From Promethearchaeota archaeon (lineage in GTDB: Archaea; Asgardarchaeota; Lokiarchaeia; Sigyniarchaeales; SOKP01), in assembly GCA_048941285.1 (NCBI GenBank), contig JBHLNS010000023.1:1-50139 (forward strand): DNA of 50,139 nucleotides, written 5' to 3'. Position 1 is the first letter of the stretch, and every line of letters starts with the position of its first letter. A program made the translations under genes and the position numbers. The notes beneath the pieces are model-generated. The model was given only the letters and a program-made list of their open reading frames with translations, was not told the origin of the DNA and ran no database searches. Shown here one piece after another: positions 10,883-20,761 of this stretch.

Positions 10883-12265
10883 ATGGTTTTAGAGAAACTA
10901 GGAAGGTCATTGGATAGTGCAATTAGAAAGATTAGACGACTTCCATCAGTGGATAAAGATGCTATTAATGCTCTTATTCAAGAATTACAAAGAGCATTGC
11001 TTGGATCCGACGTGAAAGTCGAACTAGTGTTTGAAATGACTGAAAATATCAGAAAAGAGGCAATGAATACTCAACTTCAGAAAGCAAGAAGAAAAGATTT
11101 TGTTATAAAATTAATACATGACGAACTTATAAGACTACTTGGAGGAAAACCAGCACCGATAAGAATAAAGCTTGGGAAAAAAAATGTAATTTTGCTTGTA
11201 GGCATCCAAGGTTCTGGTAAGACTACGACAATTGCAAAATTAGCAAAATATTATAAAAGTAAAGGTTATAAAATCGCAGCATTAACAACAGATACTTGGC
11301 GACCTGGAGCATATGAGCAATTGGAACAATTATCAGAACAAGTAGGTATCAAATGTTATGGAAATCCTAATGAGAAAAATGCAATTAAGATAGCAATTCA
11401 AGAAACAAAAAAGGCAATAAATGACGGAAATGATATTATCATTGTCGATACGGCTGGTAGACATAAAGAAGAAAAAGAATTAATGAAAGAAATGGCGATT
11501 CTTGAACAAAAATTAAAGCCAAACGAAATTATATTAGTAATAGATGGTACTCTCGGTCAACAAGCGTTCAACCAAACTGAAGCTTTTGCTCAAACCACAA
11601 ATTTAGGCTCAATTATAGTCACTAAGTTAGATGGGACCGCTAAAGGTGGTGGTGCCTTATCAGCCTGTGCAGCTTCTAATGTCGGTATTAGATTTATTGG
11701 TATGGGTGAAAAAATTGATGATTTTGAAGAATTTGAACCCTCAAAATTCGTAGGTACACTACTAGGAATCCCTGACATTGAATCACTAGTTCAGAAAGTA
11801 CAGGAAGCCGAAGTTGATATTGAACCAGAAATGGTTAAAAGGATGATGCACGGGAAGTTTACTCTTGATGATTTATACTTACAGCTTAAAAGCATTAAAA
11901 AAGTAGGTAAATTTAAACAAATTTTATCTATGATGGGAGGCGGAAATATCCCAGATGCTTTAAAAGAGGATGCTGAAGCTAATCTTGCAAAATGGGAGGT
12001 TGTACTTAGTTCTATGACTCAACAAGAAAAAGAAAACCCTAAACTAATAAAAAAGACTCGAAAAAGACGCATAGCAATTGGAAGCGGAACACAATATTCT
12101 GTTATAAATAAAATGCTAGATCAATACAATCAAATGAAGAAATTTATGAAGAGATTTCTTCAAATGCAGAAGAAAGGAAAAAGTCCTTTTGGAGGCCCCG
12201 GAGCTGCTGGTTTTCCTGGCGGAAAAGCTGCAGCTGATTTTATGAAAAAATTAGGTAAATTTTAA
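10883..12265 (+). CDS. srp54: Signal recognition particle protein SRP54
   Basis: GIQGSGKTTT, DTWRPGA, DTAGRH, TKLDGTAKGGGALS, Met-rich M domain. Confidence 0.97.
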   Translation: MVLEKLGRSLDSAIRKIRRLPSVDKDAINALIQELQRALLGSDVKVELVFEMTENIRKEAMNTQLQKARRKDFVIKLIHDELIRLLGGKPAPIRIKLGKKNVILLVGIQGSGKTTTIAKLAKYYKSKGYKIAALTTDTWRPGAYEQLEQLSEQVGIKCYGNPNEKNAIKIAIQETKKAINDGNDIIIVDTAGRHKEEKELMKEMAILEQKLKPNEIILVIDGTLGQQAFNQTEAFAQTTNLGSIIVTKLDGTAKGGGALSACAASNVGIRFIGMGEKIDDFEEFEPSKFVGTLLGIPDIESLVQKVQEAEVDIEPEMVKRMMHGKFTLDDLYLQLKSIKKVGKFKQILSMMGGGNIPDALKEDAEANLAKWEVVLSSMTQQEKENPKLIKKTRKRRIAIGSGTQYSVINKMLDQYNQMKKFMKRFLQMQKKGKSPFGGPGAAGFPGGKAAADFMKKLGKF

Positions 12266-12290
12266 AATTAATTTCCTATCACATATCAAA

Positions 12291-12947
12291 TTGAGTATTT
12301 TGGTCAATTTCTTATTATTATTAGAAGAGATCACTATTTACTCTAAAAATGATATTGATCAAGGAAAAACACCTCCTAATGTCTATATGATCTGTTCATG
12401 TATCAGAGAAGCTTTTTGTTTATCATATGCCATAAGAAAAGATAATTTTTTATTTCTCTATTTTCAAAGAGAACATATTTTAACTAAATTTGACGGTCGA
12501 ACAATACGATATTTAGGTCCCGATGAGAGATCTCAAGCAATATTATTAAATAAAGCAGTGACAAAAATCTACGAAACTTTCGATATTGTAAATAATAGAT
12601 GGATTGAATCGACTCCAGGAATATCAAGTAAAAAATTTGCTAATGATCTCGAATTTATTGAATTCTTTAAATCAATATCCTATGGAAAAAATTATTTTAT
12701 AATGGATTTACCCCAAGATAAACATGAAAATATAAAATTACTTAATTTAGATAAAAATTTCATACCAATAGACCATTCGGATTTCTTTATAATTCCAACT
12801 TCTAACATCCAAAAAAATCATAAGACTATAATAGAGATGTTAAAAAAAATAAAAAATATTAATATTCTTTCTCTTCCAATGATAAAATCTATAGAAGATA
12901 AAATTTTATATATTAATTTTCGAAAAGATCAACAAAGCATATCATAA
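12291..12947 (+). CDS. TrmY-like (tRNA pseudouridine-54 N1-methyltransferase, SPOUT) protein, divergent
   Basis: C..EAFCLSYAIRKD, LGPDERS and STPGI match the TrmY N-half; the C-terminal GDHxG knot motif is not seen. Confidence 0.6.
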   Translation: MSILVNFLLLLEEITIYSKNDIDQGKTPPNVYMICSCIREAFCLSYAIRKDNFLFLYFQREHILTKFDGRTIRYLGPDERSQAILLNKAVTKIYETFDIVNNRWIESTPGISSKKFANDLEFIEFFKSISYGKNYFIMDLPQDKHENIKLLNLDKNFIPIDHSDFFIIPTSNIQKNHKTIIEMLKKIKNINILSLPMIKSIEDKILYINFRKDQQSIS

Positions 12948-12960
12948 AAATTAGAACATT

Positions 12961-14355
12961 ATGATTTTAAAAAACGCCAAAATTTTTTCTGAAGGAATAA
13001 TACGTAAAGGTATTTTACTTATTAACAATGGTATTATATCTACTATCAAATTCAATCCAAAAGATAAAGATTTAGGAAAATTTGTGAAAAAAAATCAAGA
13101 TGGAAATGAGATTGACTGCTTAAATAAATTAGTTTTACCTGGAATAGTAGATATTCATTCTCATTTGCGAGATATGGATCAATGTGAAAAAGAAACATTT
13201 CGAACAGGAACTAAAGCCGCTGCTATTTCAGGAATTACAACAGTTTTTAACATGCCTAACACAAAACCACCGGCGATTTCATCAGATCAAATTAAATTGT
13301 GGATGGAAAAAGCCAAGAATAATATTTACGTGGATGTGGGGTTTATTGCAGGAATTCCTAATGACCTAGATGAAGACGAGCTTAAAAATATTTTAAAATT
13401 AGGAGTTATTGGATTCAAGATTTACCCCCTCGATTCTATTAATGATATTGATTGGGCGGATTCAAAAAATCTTCAAAAACTTCTTGATATCTCATCAAAA
13501 TTCCAAATTCCGATTTTTATACACGCTTCTTATCCCCTATCTCAAGAAGAAAAAGAGAAAATAGAGCAAGAACTTGATTCAACAAACGAAACAATTTTAG
13601 AATATCACGATAGAACTGACCCAGTTTCGGCAGAAGAAAAGTATGTTAATTTTGTTATTGAAAATTATAAAAAATACATTAATATCCATGATTTAGATCC
13701 CAAACTTTATCCAAAAATTCATTTTTGTCATATAAGTTGTATTGAAAGTTACTTGACGATTAAAAGAACAGAAACCTCAAATAGCAACCTAAAAATTAGT
13801 TTTGAAGTTACTCCACATCATCTATTGTTGTCTAATAAAATTAAATTAAGTAATGAGAATTTTGGAAAAGTTTTACCCCCTTTAAGAGGTGAAGAACATC
13901 CTAAATTTTTATTTAACGAATTAAAGGAAGGTCACATTAAATTAATAGGGACAGATCACGCACCTCATAAATTAGAAGAAAAAACTCAAAACTATTTTGA
14001 AGCGCCTTCTGGATTTCCTGGATTCGAAACGTATCCTTTATTAATGCTCAATAAAGTATTCAATTTTCAACTCTCTTTAGAAAGATTTGTTGAAGTAGCT
14101 TCAGAAAACCCAACAAAAATTTTCAATCTCAAGAATAAAGGTTTTATTAAAGAAGGATATGACGCAGATTTAATTATTGTTGATAAAACTAATGATTATA
14201 TAATCGATCCCCATAATTTTAAAACTAAAGCAAAATTCTCTCCCTACGAGGAATTTAGCACTAATGTTCAAATATGGAAAGTATTTTTAAGAGGCATTGA
14301 AATAAGTAATGAAGAATCTGTTCCAACCGGATTAATTATCAAGAAAATGTTATAA
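12961..14355 (+). CDS. pyrC: Dihydroorotase (amidohydrolase)
   Basis: PGIVDIHSHLRD, MPNTKP, EVTPHHL, PPLR, GTDHAPH, APSGFPGFET. Confidence 0.88.
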   Translation: MILKNAKIFSEGIIRKGILLINNGIISTIKFNPKDKDLGKFVKKNQDGNEIDCLNKLVLPGIVDIHSHLRDMDQCEKETFRTGTKAAAISGITTVFNMPNTKPPAISSDQIKLWMEKAKNNIYVDVGFIAGIPNDLDEDELKNILKLGVIGFKIYPLDSINDIDWADSKNLQKLLDISSKFQIPIFIHASYPLSQEEKEKIEQELDSTNETILEYHDRTDPVSAEEKYVNFVIENYKKYINIHDLDPKLYPKIHFCHISCIESYLTIKRTETSNSNLKISFEVTPHHLLLSNKIKLSNENFGKVLPPLRGEEHPKFLFNELKEGHIKLIGTDHAPHKLEEKTQNYFEAPSGFPGFETYPLLMLNKVFNFQLSLERFVEVASENPTKIFNLKNKGFIKEGYDADLIIVDKTNDYIIDPHNFKTKAKFSPYEEFSTNVQIWKVFLRGIEISNEESVPTGLIIKKML

Positions 14356-14414
14356 AGTATAAATGTTTGAACGATATAATAATACATAAAATAATTGAAT
14401 ATTGAAATATTAAA

Positions 14415-15047
14415 ATGCATAGTGAAGAAGAATTTAACTTAGAAGATGGAAAGATTTTATTAAAGTTTGCCAGGGACAATATCGAATTCTATTTAAAAAA
14501 TAATAGGCGCATCCCCATTCCCGATAATATAAAAGAAAAATTTCCGGATAAATATGGTGCTTTTGTTACATTAAATAGGTATAACGTTTCAGGCAACCCG
14601 TTAAGAGGCTGTATCGGTTATATAGAACCTACTTATTCTTTATATGACGTGATTCATAAGGTTTCAATTAGTTCAGCTACAGAAGATCCAAGATTTCCTT
14701 CAGTGTCGATTGATGAAATGGATAACATTGTAATTGAACTTTCAATTTTAACTACTCCAAAGTTGCTTGAAGTAGATAATCCTAAAGATTACATTGATAA
14801 GATCGTTATTGGAAGAGATGGATTAATAGCAGAAAAAGGAATGAGAAGGGGTCTACTTCTTCCTCAAGTTCCTGTAGATCATGGCAGAAATTGGGATGTT
14901 GAGACTTTTCTTTCTCAAACGTGTTCAAAAGCTTGGCTAGATAGCAACGCATGGAAAGAAAAAAGCACCAAAATATATTCTTTTCAAGCTATTCTTTTTG
15001 AGGAAAAAGAACCACGTGGAGAAGTAGTAAGAAAATATCTTAATTAG
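14415..15047 (+). CDS. AMMECR1-domain protein (AmmeMemoRadiSam protein A-like)
   Basis: GAFVTL, LRGCIG, EDPRF, GLLLPQV, C.KA. Confidence 0.93.
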   Translation: MHSEEEFNLEDGKILLKFARDNIEFYLKNNRRIPIPDNIKEKFPDKYGAFVTLNRYNVSGNPLRGCIGYIEPTYSLYDVIHKVSISSATEDPRFPSVSIDEMDNIVIELSILTTPKLLEVDNPKDYIDKIVIGRDGLIAEKGMRRGLLLPQVPVDHGRNWDVETFLSQTCSKAWLDSNAWKEKSTKIYSFQAILFEEKEPRGEVVRKYLN

Positions 15048-15177
15048 TTAAATGAATCTCTTTTCCTAATATAGAAGGTTTATAGAATATTTTGTAAGAG
15101 TAAAAGACAATCTATTTAAAAAGAAACCATTTATTATTTTATAAAAAAGTGTAAATCTTAAACAGAAAAACACCAAA

Positions 15178-16689
15178 ATGAAACCTCCTGAAGATACTAT
15201 TCTAACTATCGATCTCTCATCAAATAAGATCAAAGTAGCTTTAGTAAATGATAAATTAAATTTGGGGCCCTCTCTAAGCCGAGATCTAAAGATTATCAAT
15301 GAGGATGTTGACGGATTTGCTAAAAGATTCGATATGGACGACATGTGGCAGAATTTAAAACATCTTATACATGAAATATTAAAAAATGAAACTGAAAATA
15401 CCAATCTTATCGGAATTTCCTCTTGTGCTCAGAGGATGGCAGTTGTTTTTGTTAATAATAAAGGAGAAATAATTTATGGTGGGCCAAATACTGACGTACG
15501 TGGTATCGATAGCGCATATTTAATAGAAGATGAATTTTCAGAAGAAGAATTATTTCAAATAACAGGGCATAGCCCTTCAATATTGTTTTGTCTTTCTCGT
15601 CTTTTATGGTTCAAAGAGGAAGAAGAAAATTTATATGATAAGATTGATAAAGTTTTTATGTTAGATGATTGGATCGTGTATAAACTTACTGGAGAAGTAT
15701 GCTCTGATTTAACCTCAGCGGGAGAATCTCAACTACTTGACATTAGAAAAGGAAATTGGAGTTTGGATATTATTGAAGCTTTTGATTTTAAACCAGATCT
15801 ATTTCCTGAATTTATTAATTCCGGAGCGATAGCAGGAGAATTAAAAACTGAATTAAAAAAATATTTTGAAATAAAACAGAATTCTATACCTGTGATTAAG
15901 ACGGGTGGAGATACACAAGCAACATTAATAGGAATGGGTGTTATAGAAGACGGTTACATTGGTATAAGCCTGGGGACAACAGCTCCTATTCACTTGGTTA
16001 TAAATGAACCTTTCTTAGACCCAAAATATAATTTTTGGACAACCTTTCATTCTATTAAAGGGAAATGGTTAATTGAAGGGAATTCTGGAAACACGGGAAT
16101 AGTCTATGATTGGCTAAAAAACAATATTTTACCAGATGAAATAAAAAATAAAGATAAAGTCATTGAAGATTATATAAAACAGGTGGCACCTGGTTCCGAT
16201 TCTACATTTGCTTTTCTAGGTCCCGAATTTATGAATATAAAAGACCAAATTTCTCTTAAAAGAGGGGTATTAGTTTTTCCTCCACCTACATTAATAACTG
16301 AAAACCTTCCGAAAATATCTAATTTTGCACGAAGTGTGATTGAAAACATTTGTTTTGGGATTTATGAAAATTATAAAGAGCTCAATAAACTCTCAAATTT
16401 TGACGTTAAATTATACTCTGCTGGTGGAATGGCTAAATCTAATGAGTTTTGCAAAATTCTAGCAAATATTCTTACTCAAGAGATTAAAGTACCTCAATAT
16501 AAGGATTCAGCATTTCTTGGATGTGCAATGAATACACTATTTGCTTTAGGTTTATACGAAAATTATAGAAAGATTGTAGATGAGTTATTAGTATTTAAAA
16601 AATTTTCCGTTCATGATCAAATTTCAAATGAATATAAGAGGGTATTCAAAGAATGGAAGAATTTGAAGAAGCGAGTTAATGATTTATGA
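15178..16689 (+). CDS. FGGY-family carbohydrate kinase, divergent (LsrK/AI-2-kinase-like features)
   Basis: TIDLSS, NTDVRG, RLLWFKE, DDWI.YKLTG, GGDTQA, SLGTT, GGMAKS. Confidence 0.85.
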   Translation: MKPPEDTILTIDLSSNKIKVALVNDKLNLGPSLSRDLKIINEDVDGFAKRFDMDDMWQNLKHLIHEILKNETENTNLIGISSCAQRMAVVFVNNKGEIIYGGPNTDVRGIDSAYLIEDEFSEEELFQITGHSPSILFCLSRLLWFKEEEENLYDKIDKVFMLDDWIVYKLTGEVCSDLTSAGESQLLDIRKGNWSLDIIEAFDFKPDLFPEFINSGAIAGELKTELKKYFEIKQNSIPVIKTGGDTQATLIGMGVIEDGYIGISLGTTAPIHLVINEPFLDPKYNFWTTFHSIKGKWLIEGNSGNTGIVYDWLKNNILPDEIKNKDKVIEDYIKQVAPGSDSTFAFLGPEFMNIKDQISLKRGVLVFPPPTLITENLPKISNFARSVIENICFGIYENYKELNKLSNFDVKLYSAGGMAKSNEFCKILANILTQEIKVPQYKDSAFLGCAMNTLFALGLYENYRKIVDELLVFKKFSVHDQISNEYKRVFKEWKNLKKRVNDL

Positions 16690-16707
16690 AAAATAGTATT
16701 AATTTTT

Positions 16708-17496
16708 TTAATATTTTTTCTTTCTAATAATAGCATCGATATTGATTCCCTTATTCCAGTACCATTCAAACAATTCTTTTGACCATTTTATGAAAATCTC
16801 ATTATCATCAAATAAACATTCACTATAATCTACTTTTCCTTCTCTACTTAAAAATAGTATTGCTCCTTTATCACTTACTAAAAGTGAAATTGTTATTTGT
16901 GTTAACATCCTAATATTTTGTGTGATATTTATTTTTTGATAAAAAGCATGACGATCCTGTAGTTTTTCATACCCTTTTGACTTTAACACATTTTTATCTA
17001 CTAATGCTTTAATATCGATTGATAAATTATTGATTTTTCTCTCTACAGCGGGTAATATTGAATCTTGGAATTGATCTGAGATTGCTAAAATAAATCTTTC
17101 TGATTTCTTAATCATTTCAGACCATAATTCTATGTTTTGCATTGTTCCACTGTTAATTCTTATAGTTTTCAAATTTCCTAATTGTAGAATTAAATTGAGT
17201 GGGAAGCTATCGATGTTATGAGAGTTAAAAAAATTTTCATATTTTAAAGATACTTCAAAAAGCTCTAATATATCTAAAAAAATTTTTCCTATATTTGTAA
17301 TAGTATATTTATTATCCATTGTTTTTTTAACTAAATTTTTTTCTATAAGTCTCTTTAGATGTCGAGAGATTTCTGAACCTCTAATATCCAAATCTTTTTC
17401 TAGTTGGCTGTGTCTTTTTTTCTCTTTATATAGACTTTTAAAAACTTCAAATCGACCTTCATTAGAAAATTCAAAAAATAAATCATTCATTCTCAA
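16708..17496 (-). CDS. Archaeal transcriptional regulator, N-terminal wHTH plus C-terminal DUF1724-like domain
   Basis: FFEFSNEGR...EISRHLKRL..NLV..YTITNIG (ArsR-like wHTH); C-terminal WSKELFEWYW. Confidence 0.82.
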   Translation of the reverse strand: MRMNDLFFEFSNEGRFEVFKSLYKEKKRHSQLEKDLDIRGSEISRHLKRLIEKNLVKKTMDNKYTITNIGKIFLDILELFEVSLKYENFFNSHNIDSFPLNLILQLGNLKTIRINSGTMQNIELWSEMIKKSERFILAISDQFQDSILPAVERKINNLSIDIKALVDKNVLKSKGYEKLQDRHAFYQKINITQNIRMLTQITISLLVSDKGAILFLSREGKVDYSECLFDDNEIFIKWSKELFEWYWNKGINIDAIIRKKKY

Positions 17497-17724
17497 GATA
17501 TATCAGCCTATTTTCAAGATTTTACAACGATTATTTGAATTCTTTATTAGTATATGTATTTAAATCAATTAAAAATTATTTTTATCATTCAAAATTTTAT
17601 TCTATTGATAAAATTGTTTTTAGAGATATTATAGGGATTATTTATTACATTTTATTATCTTTTTATAATAACCAATCTTAATACTGATTTTAATTTAACC
17701 TGAAAAATGAAAACGTGAAAAAAT

Positions 17725-18075
17725 ATGACAGAGCTCAAGAAAATTGAGGATTGCCTGGAAGAAATAAAGAATCGTTACAATCACAATGAAAAGATAAGAA
17801 AAAAATTAGTTAAATATGATGACCCTATTCAAATGAAATTTAATGATACTAACAGAAAAGCATTATTACTGATTAATAAAGATGAGGGAATTGAAGTAAA
17901 AGATAACACTGGAGATGATAGTGCTCCCGTAAAAATTGAATTTACCGGAGAACAAGTGATGATTGATTTATTCAATAAAGAATTAGGTGCTGTTAAAGCA
18001 TATTCCGATGGGAAAATAAAGGTCATTGAAGGAAATATGAGAAGTCTAATGAAACTACGAAGTTTAATGTTTTAA
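17725..18075 (+). CDS. SCP2 sterol/lipid-binding domain protein
   Basis: 116 aa; LFNKELGAVKAYSDGKIKVIEGN..LMKL is the SCP2 C-terminal signature. Confidence 0.8.
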   Translation: MTELKKIEDCLEEIKNRYNHNEKIRKKLVKYDDPIQMKFNDTNRKALLLINKDEGIEVKDNTGDDSAPVKIEFTGEQVMIDLFNKELGAVKAYSDGKIKVIEGNMRSLMKLRSLMF

Positions 18076-18154
18076 CTAAGTCTTTTTTATTTATGATCTA
18101 TTTTTATTATAATACTTATTAAAACAATTTTATTAATTAAAATAGGTGAATATA

Positions 18155-19837
18155 ATGAAAGCATTAATAACAGCAACAATCACAAATGAATGTTTGAAAA
18201 AGTTACAAAAATTAATAGAAATAACTTATGAACCTTGGAGAGAAACTGGTATAATTTATTTCGATGTAAACGAACTGGTGGAAAAACTAAACGATTATGA
18301 TATTTTTATCACTGAAGCAGATGATTTAAAGAAAGAAGCTCTATTTGAGAATACTAATTTAAAACTTATTGTCTCATGTAGAGGTGATCCCTTTAATGTT
18401 AATTTAAAAGCAGCAACCAAAAATCAAATTCCTGTTCTTTATACACCACTTAGAAATGTTGATGCTGTGGCAGAATTAACTATAGGCTTTATGTTGGTGC
18501 TAGCTCGAAAATTACATCTTACTGATCGAATAATCCATTCTGATGATTTTGAAATATTAGAATTTGAAGATTATGTAAAATATTTAAATACTTTTCAGGG
18601 CATTGAATTAAAAGGAAAAACAATTGGTATTATAGGTTTTGGACAAATTGGAAAAAGAGTTGCCGATAGACTTAAACCTTTTGGTGTGGATTTTTTAATT
18701 TATGATCCCTATATAGATGAAAATATAATTAAAGATTATGGCAAAAAAGTTGAGATTGATGATTTAATAAAAGAATCTGATATTATTACAATACACGCCA
18801 TAGCTACTGATGAAAATGAAAATCTGATTAATGAAGAAAGAATTTCAAATATGAAAAAAACAGCATTTTTAATTAATACGTCAAAAGGGAGTATAATTGA
18901 CTACGAAGCCTTGCATAAAGCATTAGAACAGGAAAAAATTGGAGGGGCAGCACTTGATGTTTTTCCTCTCGAGCCTATTGATGAGGATAATGAATTTATT
19001 GAATTAAAAAATGCTATAATCACCCCACATATCGGTGGAAATACGGAGGAGGTAATCGAAAGGCAATCAAAGATTATACTAAATGACATTGAAATATGGT
19101 TAAAGGGTGAAAAACCTCAATTTGTTATGAATCCTGAAATTTTTCAAAAAGACAGAATGAAAAACTTGCGAAAAGATGAGAAGCTTTTTACATTGAAAAA
19201 ACAAATTGTAGATTTATGTCAACAGTTACTAAGGGAAAAACATGTTATCGGTTCTGCAGGTAATGTAAGCTTAAGAGTAAAAACTGATAATGGAGAATTT
19301 GTATTAATAACACCTAGTAATGTACGTTATAGTGAAATGGCCCCTGAAGATATTCTGACAATTGATATGGAAGGCAAGGTCATAGAAGGAAATAGGAATC
19401 CTTCTGTTGAGAAAAAAATGCATTTGAGTATTTACCACGAAAGAGAAGATGTAAATGCTATCATCCATGCCCATAGTATATATTCTACTGTCCTTAGCGC
19501 TTTAAATATGTCAATTCCAGCTATATTTGAGGAATTTGTTCCATATATAGGTGGTGAAGTATTATGCGCCAAATATGGAGAAGCGGGTACTGAAGAGTTA
19601 GCAGAAGGAGTGTTGAAGGCTTTAGAAGAAAGGAATGCAGTCTTGCTCGCAAATCACGGGAATTTATGCTGTGGCAGTCATTTGGATGGAGCTTATACCA
19701 TTTTAGAATATCTAGAAAGAGGTGCAAAGATTTATTATTTAGCGAAACTTATAAAAGAGCCAAATTTATTACCTGAAGATACAATTGACTATGAAATGGA
19801 AATATTTGAAATTTTTAAAGAATCTAAAAAAATTTAA
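18155..19837 (+). CDS. Fusion: D-2-hydroxyacid dehydrogenase (SerA-like) + class II aldolase (FucA-like)
   Basis: N-half: GIIGFGQIG, YDPY, DVFPLEP, TPHIGG. C-half: GNVS, TPS, PSVE..MH, HAHS, LANHG. ATG 18155 follows AGGTGA (the track's GTG 18146 is part of the SD). Confidence 0.9.
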   Translation: MKALITATITNECLKKLQKLIEITYEPWRETGIIYFDVNELVEKLNDYDIFITEADDLKKEALFENTNLKLIVSCRGDPFNVNLKAATKNQIPVLYTPLRNVDAVAELTIGFMLVLARKLHLTDRIIHSDDFEILEFEDYVKYLNTFQGIELKGKTIGIIGFGQIGKRVADRLKPFGVDFLIYDPYIDENIIKDYGKKVEIDDLIKESDIITIHAIATDENENLINEERISNMKKTAFLINTSKGSIIDYEALHKALEQEKIGGAALDVFPLEPIDEDNEFIELKNAIITPHIGGNTEEVIERQSKIILNDIEIWLKGEKPQFVMNPEIFQKDRMKNLRKDEKLFTLKKQIVDLCQQLLREKHVIGSAGNVSLRVKTDNGEFVLITPSNVRYSEMAPEDILTIDMEGKVIEGNRNPSVEKKMHLSIYHEREDVNAIIHAHSIYSTVLSALNMSIPAIFEEFVPYIGGEVLCAKYGEAGTEELAEGVLKALEERNAVLLANHGNLCCGSHLDGAYTILEYLERGAKIYYLAKLIKEPNLLPEDTIDYEMEIFEIFKESKKI

Positions 19838-19864
19838 AGTTTTGTATTTCTCAATATCATTTTT

Positions 19865-20590
19865 CTATTTTATATTATTTATTAATGATTTTAATGCCAT
19901 TTCTGTTGATTCCTCTGCTTGTTGCTTGGTAACCATTCCAATTGTTACAGCACATATATTATGATTTCCAATATATTTAAAAGCTAATTCTGGGTTAATA
20001 GCACCAGCAGCTAGAGTTTTCATAGCTATAAAATAAAAATTTTTCGTTTTATCGACAATTTCTTCCAACTTATTTAAATCTCCCATTAAAAATCCTTGAA
20101 GATTAAAGGGAATCAAAAATACTTTTACATTTAGAGAATTTTCAATGCAATACTTAATTGTTGGTATAGGTTCATGGGTTGCGATTCCAGGAATTATTCC
20201 ATAATCAGAAATTTCATCTAAGAGTTTTAATAAATCTGCTTCTTTTTGATCAGAAATAAGACCATGAACGAATATTATTTTTGCTTCTTTTTCAATTAAA
20301 ATTTCAATTTTTGGATCCACACCGGGATAAGTAGATCCAGTTATCACAAAATCGCTATGGGTTTGACTCATTATCTGGGCGGCTTCCATGATTTTTCCAG
20401 TTGGTATTACCTCTATCCCGCGAGCACCCTTTGCATAACTTGCTTCTAATATTTCTAAAATTGCAACTGGATCATTTAAAAATTTCGAACGCCATTCTAA
20501 TGCTTTATATCCAAATTGACCTGCTCCAATAAAAGGAGAAGTTCCTACGGAAACTAGTGGAATATTGATATCATCGATTTTACAAAAAAT
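19865..20590 (-). CDS. Aldo/keto-reductase-like TIM-barrel protein (track ORF 19865..20389 appears N-truncated; proposed start ATT 20590)
   Basis: In-frame upstream extension IFCKIDDINIPLVSVGTSPFIGAGQFG...; GIATHEP, P.N..G, IAMKTLAAG, TIGM motifs. Confidence 0.75.
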   Translation of the reverse strand: MFCKIDDINIPLVSVGTSPFIGAGQFGYKALEWRSKFLNDPVAILEILEASYAKGARGIEVIPTGKIMEAAQIMSQTHSDFVITGSTYPGVDPKIEILIEKEAKIIFVHGLISDQKEADLLKLLDEISDYGIIPGIATHEPIPTIKYCIENSLNVKVFLIPFNLQGFLMGDLNKLEEIVDKTKNFYFIAMKTLAAGAINPELAFKYIGNHNICAVTIGMVTKQQAEESTEMALKSLINNIK

Positions 20591-20761
20591 ATTAACCCCT
20601 TCCTTAAATAAAAATTAATTTAATCAGAATTTGATAAATAAATAATATATAGAGAATTATAAAATTTTAAGTCAAAATTAATATAAATACATAAAGAATT
20701 TTATTCATAAAAAATAATAGAAATTCAATTTAGCTTCTTATTTGATACTGAGGAGATAAGA

